NCBI GenBank assembly: GCA_030704615.1
Contig: CM060733.1
Location: 4,092,001 to 4,156,000 of the forward strand
Reading direction: 5' to 3'
Length of the DNA: 64,000 nt
Source of the DNA: Takakia lepidozioides
Taxonomy: Eukaryota; Plantae; Bryophyta
A model generated the notes under the pieces. The model was given only the letters and a program-made list of their open reading frames with translations, did not search any database and was not told the DNA's origin. The position numbers were made by a program, and so were the translations under genes. This document shows positions 53,926 to 64,000 of this stretch, one piece after another. The number at the start of each line of letters is the position of its first letter. Position 1 is the first letter of the stretch.

Positions 53926-56806
53926 TCTCTCTTCCCGCAGAGTGTGAGATAGGCACTACACACAGTTCACATGTATGGGATTTTACAGTGCAGGGTAAAG
54001 GAGCTGGCTATAGCTCACAGTTAAGTTTCGCCAACAGCGAATGCTTGTAGGTTAGTTGCGGTTGATGGAATCACCGTTCAAGCTCCACTGTCCCCTCTCC
54101 ACTTTCCTGATTTTGTTTGTGGAGGATGCCCACATGCTGCACAGTTCTCAGAACTAACTTAACTACAGATTCTCGTCCCCACTAAACATCGAATCATCGA
54201 TGTTTGTGGACGATGCCTTCTTCCTTGTAGCAGCATCCTAGAAGAAACACTGTTGCTCGACCATCACCAGACTGTCATAGCTTTTTAAGAGAAATCCAGC
54301 CAGCAAAGATTGGCAGAACAAGACATCTCGTATCTGAGAAATTGTTCATTTGTTCACCCCAGCTTCAACTGGGATCTGATGCTTTAGTGTGGTCCAAATC
54401 TGCGCCTCCAGCATGGCCTCTCCTCCAAAGACTAAACTTGGTAGCCATAAAACCTAGGTTGCTAGTGGAGAAATGTGAGAACTGTTCAACTGCAAAAGGT
54501 GGTGGAGAGATGTAAAAAAGATAGAGACACAAGAAGCATCAGAGGAAGCTGTCTTTCGGAGTGTTAGCAAGAGAGTGGAGGAAAATGCTAGATATTTGAA
54601 ACACATGACTAGCTAGTAACTAAGTGCACTGAAGCAACCTGCCTGGTTGAAATATTAGTTAAGGCCTCTCTATTTGGTCTCCAGTCTCCACCCTGAGTCC
54701 ACTATGGCTGGAAGGTCACAAAACTCGGTGTAATAGCACATCATCTTCATCCAGAAGAGAAACCTTTCGAGGTTTTCCCAAAGGTAGGAGAGCCAATACC
54801 CACATGATCTCTTGCTTTACAATGGCAGGAGGGCTCATATATCCTGCAGCGTCCAGGAGAACCGAACTTTAAGTGTAAACATGCAACTGCCTGATCGCTT
54901 TTTAGGTCAATTTCTGTTGATCTAAAGACTTCCTCAAGCTGGAGTGCAAACCAGATACAAAGAGGTGAGGAGGTCATTGTTATAAGGCGCCAGTCATCAG
55001 TGGAGTAGACGAGGAGACCATTTCTGGGCAACAAAGAAAAGAGACTGGTGGTAAAATGCTGGATGCAAGGCTATCGTGATTGGAATTTTGTGAGCAATTT
55101 CTGCAGCAGGTTGCACATACTGTAGGTGTCAGACTCTCCCATAATGCACTGCATGGACAGCAATACATGATGTCCTCTTGTGGAACCCATTTCATATATG
55201 AAGGCCGACAGTATCATATGTGGTAAATTGAGTGGCAGTCACAGTATCGAACATCAGTTTGTCCCTCCCTGTTACACCTTTTTCATGATCCCCCACAGAT
55301 GCTGAGTAGTTTATCGTTTACTTTCGAAAACAAGCATATACACTCTCAAGGAATGATATCAGAACCAACATAAAGATTAGAGACGTGGGGTGGCACAGTA
55401 CAAGCCAAATCACATGGCCCCAAAGAGGAACTCACTCTCATCGTATGATCAACACCATGAACTATGAGAGGGAAACTCGGAGCACAACATCAACATTGAA
55501 TAGACAAGAAAAACTGTAGTGGTTCAGGATGTATGAGAATCTTACACAATTATAAGCCAAAAGTCGACAGCTGCAGCCATCCCAAAACATACTGTGCTGC
55601 ATCTGATACAAGATCTCTGACCGTACTCTGACCCAGCTCATCATCCGGGTTTTTGGCAGGGGGTCTGTCGTGGCCCTTTGCCTTGAGGGCGGGGGGTCCC
55701 TGTGTCGGCAATCACTCCTTGTACAACAAACAACAGGTTGTATCCTAGCATGCACTCAAGATAGAATGGCCAAGGCCATCAGGAGCGGTTTTGGCCTCAG
55801 TATAATGAGAATGATGGTCTCTTGTAAAATTCATGAAGAGGACAAAATTCCTATGTTCTCTGGTCTGGAGATCATTGGGAACTTCAGCTATTGAGGTGTC
55901 CTGAGAAAGTCCAGTTTTCCACACCAACAGGTAGCCGCTCCCTTACAGGACACAACCAACAAAGTTAGGACCTCCACCAAGACAAAATCATTCCCATCTT
56001 GGCCACAGGAGGTGTTTGGACTTAGCTTGATTGAATGCCAAGGAAGATTGGCTAAATGTGCAGCAAATTAACTGACTGCTGAATTCTCGGCGAACCAAAA
56101 AAGATCAGAGAGGTTCACAAGATAAGTGGGATGACTGTGCAGCTTCAAACATGCGCACACTGCAGAGTTTCACCAACACCATCACATCCTACCCAACTGT
56201 AGAATTAAGATGTCAGTGTGGAAGATTCCATACTTGTACAAAAGAAGGTTTGGCAAAATCCAAGCACAGGAAATAAGTAACCATCTTGACTGCCCCAGTA
56301 GGAAGTAGCTTATGCTTGAACTTAGAAAATGGTACATTGTACTAAAATCAAATTCAGGTTCTCACTTGCATTCCAGACTAAAGCTTTTGGCAATAGCACA
56401 CAGTAACACTTCTGTTGCACAACAAAAGCATTCATACATATCTGAAAATATTAGTTGGCAGATCTCCCTTCTGCTTGCAAAGTTAACATTGCCATATCAA
56501 CAAGTAGCAACACAACTCACACTCGGAATTCCATATCATGACACATTTGACAAGCCGAGCCTGTAATCTGTCCATGTCTGAATTGTACATCAAAATATTT
56601 TGGCCGTTACAGTATCCGTCAATCATAATCCTTTCATATTTCAGGAAAATTTTAGAGCCTAGTCTATGTACTATGTACCCTTGCCATAAAATGCTGATCT
56701 GGACATATCCAGAACTTCAGGGCAACAAATGCAGGGACCAGACAACTGTTGCAAACACAGTTTGGACTTGTTCACGCAGACCAACAGACTCCATTTCACC
56801 GAAATC

Positions 56807-57763
56807 TCAAAACCAATGACTATCAGCATGTGACTCACCACGGACCAAAGACTGAACAACTTGCTGTCTCTTTGATCTCACATCAGGATCAGCCTCTGCC
56901 TTTCTCTTCAGTTGTCCTTCCATTTGCTCTTCAGGGTTGAAACATTCAAGTTCCTGTCCATTGATCAGTAATCCACTTGGTGTGTTTGGAAGGTTGAACT
57001 CTACTAAGCTTCCAATCTGATCAAATGAGGAGAAATCAGCATTTAAATTATCAGTCCTCCTTAGATACGATTCTGCATCTTCATCATCCTCCGGTCCAGC
57101 ACAGGCCAGGTCATCAGAAACAGAAGACGATGATACCCATGACCCTGTCCTCAGAAGGAAGGATGCCGCATCCTCACCCTCCCTAACAAAAAGACCCTCA
57201 CCCTCCTTCACAGGATATTGTTGAAGTTTGTCAACTTTAGCCTTGGGCTGTGTAAGTTGAAATGTATGGAATGCCTCGGATTTACTTGAAGGAAAACCTT
57301 CGCTATTCAGGACCTGCCTCCAGTCATTGACTGTATGCTTGTCCTTGATACCAAGAGTGCGGGCGAGATATGCAACAAAGTCTTCATCCGGTCTGGGTGC
57401 AGTGTGCACTGCCAGGCCAAGTCTGAGCTGATCCTGGTCCATGCCTCCTGCTCTGGCCAAAAAAGAATGAAAATCTTCGTGCGATGCAGGAATTCCATCT
57501 GCATTCATACTTTTAGGAATAATATTGCCAATGGCCCCATCATTCTTGGGGATGTGACTGACAAGATCCTCTAGTCGAAGCACGTCATCTCTATCTTGAT
57601 AACACATGTCACTGTCACTTTCAGATATCCCAACAGTATAAGTGCATGATGATTGATGACTGCCATCATTCGTGGCCTGGAAAGGAACCTTGTCCAGGAT
57701 CCCACCTTCTTGCTGGTTGGAGATCTGGTTTATCCCTCCAATTCCATCTGCTGCAATTGCCAT
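56807..57763 (-). CDS. Hypothetical protein exon with four ED..(S/A)(F/Y)L.R(T/A) repeats
   Basis: 318-codon ORF ending at a gtgagt donor (about 56840). Upstream splice-like sites extend to about 59000 and downstream candidate exons to about 54700. Family not recognised. Confidence 0.55.
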   Translation of the reverse strand: MAIAADGIGGINQISNQQEGGILDKVPFQATNDGSHQSSCTYTVGISESDSDMCYQDRDDVLRLEDLVSHIPKNDGAIGNIIPKSMNADGIPASHEDFHSFLARAGGMDQDQLRLGLAVHTAPRPDEDFVAYLARTLGIKDKHTVNDWRQVLNSEGFPSSKSEAFHTFQLTQPKAKVDKLQQYPVKEGEGLFVREGEDAASFLLRTGSWVSSSSVSDDLACAGPEDDEDAESYLRRTDNLNADFSSFDQIGSLVEFNLPNTPSGLLINGQELECFNPEEQMEGQLKRKAEADPDVRSKRQQVVQSLVRGESHADSHWF

Positions 57764-59925
57764 GATCCAGTTTCACAAGCTTGTTCCAATGAAGCTGATT
57801 TGTCAAAAAGAGTCAGTATCAAAGGTTCACAGGTTGCCGTGTCGTGAGAAGGCAGGTCAAAAATGAGACATGTCTGTCAACATTCGTAGGATGAGACAGT
57901 GCACACTACTCATGAACCACGCGTGGTTAGTGATATGTACCTGTCCATAAAAAGACATGGTAAGAAAACAAAGAACACCTTTCATGCTTAACACAGTCCA
58001 AAATAATATCAATGGCCATAACAGAGACAGCATAGCTCAAACTACTTGAAAAAACCCTTGACTATTGCGGAGGACGCACCTGACCTGTATTTTGCTAGGT
58101 CTATGTCTGTTGCAATTAGGGAGAAGAAGCGATGGCTCATCAATCCTCACTCCCCAACTCACATTGCTACAATATACTCTAATCCTGCTCCCGCAAGGGA
58201 AACCGCAAAGTAAATGATTCTTTTATGTCACAATGAGGAACAGAAGGCTGTGGACGAGTTTTCAGGCACGAGGTAAAATTTTCAGATACAACCACAGAAA
58301 AGGTCTGGTGTCAGGCGATACAACTCCAGGTACAGCCACGGTACCATCACACGGAAAGCTTATTGCCTAAGCTGACTATTGCTGACACGAAGAAGTTGAG
58401 ATGCTGCCAACAGCGTTATCCATAAACCCCGGTTTACATGCTGATGAAGCTGGTGCGAAACGCATGAGATGAAATTAAAGATGATTGCACTATTTTGCAA
58501 CATATCTGAGCCCATAGACACACTGTAGTGCACGTCTTACTCGTGTAAACAGACTCAGACATATGTCAGGAATCTAACGAAAGATATACAGAGGCGAGTT
58601 GATCTCACCACAAGATAATTCAGCACCAGTAACATCGATTTTGCAAACACAGGCACACAATTACTAACTTAGGCTCACGATCGAATCATGAAGTATGAAC
58701 TCACCCGCCTTGAAAGCTGAAGAACCGATTCCGAAATCTGGTGTGCAAACTGAAACCGCGACGATACGGATTCTCGATGCACAGTTGCGCAAAGGCAGGG
58801 CGCAATGTGGCTCTTCCAAGCATATCAGAATGATGACAGGGAAAAAATATCAACCATGTACCGAGAAATCCAAGATAGAAGACAGCAGAGAAAGATCACA
58901 CCTCCAGTCGCGCCAACTCCTATCCTACACTACTTACTTCCGAACAAAGGCGGCGGCGAAATCCTTGTTTGAAGCGAGGGCAGACGAGGAGCCCAAGCAG
59001 CGGCAAGCAAGTCGTCCTCCAGTGACCTATCCGCCATTAATAAGCTGCAGTTATTATGAGCATTGCGGCCTGAGTCCCATTCCCTCATGTCCAATCCCTG
59101 CCTTCGTCTTTTCGCTCCCTCTCTGTTTCCCCCACCATCGCCCTCCTTTTCATCGCTTTCACTTACTTCTGCCCCACGTTATTAAACCAACTTTCACTTT
59201 TACCGCCTACGTGACTAGTGACCTGGTTGTATTTCAGGCGGCAAACGTGTCTTTTGGATGAATGCCCACGACACAACATCTATTGTAAGCTCCACGTCAC
59301 TTTCATTAATCATAGTTACGAACGCTTTTCCGGCCGCACCTGGCTGCGAAACGCGGCCTGCTAAGCTAGTTAGCAGCCGTTAGCTAGCTGCCAGGTGACG
59401 GCTTCCCCTACACGCTAGGCGCCAGCTAACTAGCGGCGTTTTTAGCAGCCGCTATAATTTGTGAAGGGATACAACACCTACTCACCCATTCTGTTAAATC
59501 ACGGGCACTTGCGAAAAAACGGGCAGTTCATGCGCCTCTCTTCTCGCGAACGTGCTGCGTCTCCATGCATGGTCGGCTACTTTGCTAACAACCAAGTGCT
59601 TTTACGGAACGGTCTGGGGCGGGCCATTCTGCCCCACTGCCCCGCGAGGCCGAGACCGTTCCATCGCGTTATGGTCACTTCCGAAAAGTGGAGTACGTTA
59701 GCATTCTGCGACCTACGCGACCATTCTGCGACCTCTAAAGCATTCTGCGACCTACCCGGGCATTCTGGCAGCTAACATAGCGGCAAAAATGGCAAGGAAA
59801 ACCACCTCCTGACTCGTGACCGTAACGATGATCGACTGACGCCTCACCTGCCCAGAGCCGTGGTGGCTTCAGTTACTTACATCTGAGGGAAACGCAAGGT
59901 GTATCGAGCAGGATTGCTTTGCAGG

Positions 59926-60217
59926 CTGATGATGGAGCGACAATCATGACTGCGAATTGAGCAGTGGTCATTTGCCAAGGAACTGCTTATCGAGAGAGAA
60001 ATGAAATGAAATGGTGCTTTATAACGAGAGAGCGAGAGAGAGAGAGAGAGAGAGAGAGGACTCCAGCTTCGACAGTCCGAAATTTGATGATGGAGCGACA
60101 ATCATGACTGCGAATTGAGCAGTTGTCATCTGCCAAGGAACTGCTTATCGAGAGAGAAATGAAATGAAATGGTGCTTTATAACGAGAGAGCGAGAGAGAG
60201 AGAGGAATCCAGCTTCG
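59926..60217. repeat. Tandem duplication of about 158 bp, each unit with a (GA)n tract and a minimal RTE-like 3' tail
   Basis: tgatgatggagcgacaatcatgactgcgaattgagcag...gaaatgaaatgaaatggtgctttataacgagagagcgagag occurs twice. Confidence 0.9.
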
Positions 60218-60859
60218 ATGCCTAATGTAGGTATGCCCTCTGCGACTGTTTGAGACTGCGTTCTAACATCCTGGTTGTGAAGCAGAAACTTCCCGACACA
60301 AAGTGTGGGGATAACGACATGCTATCATTTGACATCCCTTCTGATCTAAAATGGCGGAGGTGGCAACATGGTTAGATCATGCTGAAACGCGATAGCTGGA
60401 AAGTCCACATTAAGTTAACCTCATCTCTCTCACTCTCTCTCACTTCAACATCCATCACCAACTAGAGACATCTTCTTCGCTTGCTTGAGCATTTTATTCA
60501 GACACCCACAACTCGTATAAGAAGTCACACAACTTCAATCAACAATCCGTCAAGGCTGTAAGGTCCAATGCAGTACAATCTCCGGCTCATCACCCTAGGG
60601 TTTCTAACTGAAGGAGTACAAGCATTGTACTACTGGCCTGTCGTTTCATCACACAGGATACTAATCTAAGATAATTCATCCTGCACGAAAAAACCTACTT
60701 GCAAAACAAAGTGCAGCAGCAACAAACGTTGGATCCGTTGAACTCGTGAAGGATGACAGCCTTTGTGTGTCCAGTTGCACGCTGCCGACAGCACATGATC
60801 ACCCTCGGACAACCAATCCCATCCTGTGAGTATGACATTAGGGTTCCAACGTCCAAGCA

Positions 60860-61030
60860 TTACGAGTCTTCTGGTTTCGAAGGCTTGCGATACGTCGACT
60901 CGAGGTGGCGGGCAATCACAACCCCAGTGCTGATCAGAGTGTTGAGGTTGGGCAGATCATAATTCTGGGCCAAATACACACCAAACAGGGTGCCCAAAGT
61001 GAAAGTGAAAGTACTCCGAAGCAACCCCAT
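60860..61030 (-). CDS. 56-aa STMP1/DUF4535-family short transmembrane mitochondrial protein
   Basis: Manual translation gives MGLLRSTFTFTLGTLFGVYLAQNYDLPNLNTLISTGVVIARHLESTYRKPSKPEDS*, with the family signature G...GVY.AQNY..PN...YRKP. Confidence 0.88.
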   Translation of the reverse strand: MGLLRSTFTFTLGTLFGVYLAQNYDLPNLNTLISTGVVIARHLESTYRKPSKPEDS

Positions 61031-61619
61031 CGAAGGAACGTACTTTCAAAGAATTACTTCATCTCTTTAACTTGCTTCTTCAAATCTCCTGCCATGAAAA
61101 TTCTGCGGCAAGCAATTTTCAGTACCTCAAGCAACAAAACAGTGCACCCCCAGCTTCTTCGCTAAGCCCCGATTGACCATAGTGCTTGAATTCTACGTCC
61201 TCTCCACCAAACCCATCCGCCAGTTCGAAAGGAAACATTGATCCACCACTGAACACAAGGATTTCCCAACTGCGCGCCTCTGATCTCCAAGCTCAAGGTC
61301 TTCTTCCCCTGTGTAAATTCACAAATCGCAGAGGAGAGGAGACTGCAACAGACTCTTAAGATGGATTAGGTCAACATTTGTGCCCCATATGGTTCCCATA
61401 TTGGGAACATGGTCCAAACAACCGGATTATTATTATTATTATTATTTCATTACAATTTGTTCTGATTAAAAACTGGATGAATGAAATGAACGATCCGTTA
61501 TGAGTACATGACGTATGTTGTTGTCTCCCGACAGCAGTGGGGACATGGTTCCCAACCAATGAGAACGCCGAAGCTGCTCGGAAAGACATGAGTTTGCTCA
61601 GTTACCGACCACCAACTTT

Positions 61620-61740
61620 CTGCCACGTGTAATTATCCCATCTGTTCTTTTCTGAGAACAAGTTTCGAGCCACCAATCAGACGCCACGTGGACGAACAGA
61701 AAAGCTATCACCTCCCAGCCACAAGAAGACGCCACGTGCA
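61620..61740. promoter_or_regulatory. G-box/ABRE cluster in the intergenic region between divergent genes
   Basis: gccacgtg occurs three times (about 61622, 61683 and 61730) with a CCAAT at about 61673. Confidence 0.5.
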
Positions 61741-62635
61741 GGCGCATGTCACAGTGGTGTGAAACCGGCGGTCGGTAACTTAGCAGCACATGTAGTTTCG
61801 CCGAGGTGTTGGGGAAGGATGGCGAAAGTCGGAGGGGATGGCGAAACTGGAGCGGAGCTCGGTTGCCCGGCGGTCCTTGGAGCTATGGCGGTGACCTAAT
61901 TGGGGAACGTGATACAGAAATCCGTGACGCTGTTACAATCTCCTCTCTGCTCCGCCATTTGTTCACGCACGCACAGGAGGAAGGTTTGAAATCTCAGCTT
62001 GGATGCCAGGTCAAGCAGGGGAGCATTCACATGGTCACTGCTGAATTCATGTGATCCGTGCGACTCTGCTTTGGAACTGGATCATTAGGTTTGGGGAAAG
62101 CATGCAGCCGGGAATTCCAACCCTAATGGGCATTCGAGACTTAGTGGAAGAAGCTGGTGGTGCACGATTGATGTACTTGATATCAATCCAGCTTGCTGAA
62201 AATTTTAATGGCACGACTTTTAAAGCAGCAAGAGATGAGATAAATGATTGGAAATAGGTTTCTTGTTATCGGCGCGATGGAGTCGATTCGGAGTACTTTC
62301 TATTTCGCGTTGCGCTCATCTAATGTTGATTCTTGAGTCGATGTCTCTGGAAAGAGAGATGCGACCATCGTGACAGCGCAATGCAGCGAGACCCTAATTT
62401 ATGTGTCTTTTTGGTGCTCCCCTGGCTCAGGACCTCGCTCGGTCACACACTCTCCCCAGGCCCCCAGCCTCTTTCTGTCTTCGAAATTTGACCTCGTTTT
62501 GCATTTCTGTTCTCGTCCTGTATTCGCAGCGAATACACAAACACAATTTCCAACACTGACAAGGCAGCCCGACATCTGCTGGTGTAAACTGTCTGGCCTT
62601 CTTACTCGACACAACCTAGCCAATTTAGATTTGCA

Positions 62636-64000
62636 ATGGATTGTCAGACCAACAAGGCACCCTCCAAAAAAGCCCCACAACTTCCACTGAAGCTGGAGCC
62701 TTGGGGTGATGGCGACGATGGGGGAGGGGAACCATTTCCTCACGTGGCAGGCGCTAGTGGGGAGAGGTGGGCTTCGCCAGATGACAGGTGCGTATCAGGT
62801 GGGGATGGGCCAGAATCTCCAAGGGCACGAACACCGATAGGCACTAAGAAAATGGTTATCGCAGTGCGAGACAAAGAGTCATTGTTGGAGGAAATTATTG
62901 ATTTAAAACGGGGCATTTCAGACCAGGCCTATCATCTCAAGCTCCACAAGGTCCATGCAGCTGCTGTTCAATTGCAAAACAGGTCCCTTTCTCTTTGCTT
63001 TTACCCTGCAATCTTTGGTAATATGTATCTCCTTCTCTGTTGCCTCCCTTTGTTCACCCACTGCTGAATGTGTTCAAATTAGAACACTATTGGTTGACTG
63101 ATCCCACAATGAGGCTTTGGTTCGATATAGTTCCATCTTTGTGCTGCTTGCATGTCCATTGTGGCTCATCCCTGTCACGTTCATCGTGGCTGACCTCTGT
63201 GTTGTTGTATCTCATCCCTTTTGTGATTTCGTGGCTCACCTCTGTGTTACTATACTTCATTTCAGCACGCTTTTGGCCACTTTTTGGCAAAGGTCTAGAC
63301 GTAATAAACGCAGTATGCATCCTTACTACCACTTTAAATGCATTAGCTCTCAACCACTTTTGGATGCAAGTTCAGTTTCCCGGTCAGGCTATACATCCTT
63401 GTCTAAACTGAACAACTTCATCATGGCCATGTTGATGATTGATTAAAATGAATTCGACTATGAGGACAACTTTTCCAGCATAATTGCCTAACTGCAGGAA
63501 ATTGGAGAAAGACATTGAGGATCTGGAGATGCAGGGAAGCTTAGAAGCTCCACGAACTGGAGGCCCTTCACGTTTGCGGGCAAAGCTACAAGGCTTGTGC
63601 CTTTCTTGTCCTTATGAAAATTCAACTAAAGAACATACCACAGCACACAGTTTACAAACCTATATGCACTTCATCACCTTCAGTTGCTTGGTGTGTGTGA
63701 AAATGTCACCTTGACTTTCAACTTGTAGTACTCTTCCCTACACCTTTCTTTTGCACTATGAATTGGAAGAAGGGAGGTAACATGTCCATCTCACTTGTAA
63801 CATGCACTACAGAATTTTCTAGTAATGCATGTCTCATGGAGACCTCTGTACTGTTCATGGAGGTGTAGCTTCTATGTTTGGACCTCATGAATGTCAAACA
63901 CCTGGTGGATGATGCCAGACTGCTTTCCAGTGGACATTTTGTCGGTCAGCTTTTACTGCAGACTGGCTCCAAATAGAAGAGTTCGAAAACAAAACAAAGA
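62636..64000 (+). CDS. Hypothetical coiled-coil protein, 5' exons (runs off the window)
   Basis: Exon about 62636-62982 (RDKESLLEEIIDLKRGI...) splices to about 63498 (KLEKDIEDLEMQ); another acceptor lies at 63961. Confidence 0.5.

Noticed and set aside
59340-59770. TAGC-rich inverted repeats and short gcattctgcgacct tandem copies
   Set aside because: Probably MITE or hAT debris; no termini or TSD could be defined.

Overview
Eukaryotic, intron-containing land-plant DNA. Moss-type miR171, PLS-DYW PPR genes and a CRE-like retroelement suggest a bryophyte or another seed-free plant (inference). Apparently intact genes: a plastid NAD(P)-binding Rossmann protein (At5g02240/At2g37660-like, intronless), PTAC18 (cupin), an RFC1-like clamp-loader subunit with no BRCT domain and a triplicated N-terminal repeat, a 56-aa STMP1/DUF4535 microprotein missed by the ORF track, two MIR171 hairpins in a head-to-head inverted duplication, and two unidentified spliced genes. 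Decayed material: a frameshifted Mutator-like transposase with a GCM-like domain and an adjacent FCP1-like ORF, pogo, hAT and CACTA remnants, CRE-like and RTE/RTEX-like non-LTR fragments, and an ELP3 pseudogene whose exons are split by about 8 kb holding PPR pseudogenes. The most striking feature is at 49.5-53.6 kb on the minus strand. Two OSB-type 'PDF' ssDNA-binding motifs splice in frame, through four phase-compatible GT-AG introns, onto a PLS-E PPR array followed by a DYW deaminase domain that is now frameshifted. This is a candidate ssDNA-binding/RNA-editing fusion architecture. All family assignments come from motif recognition by eye; no database searches were run.
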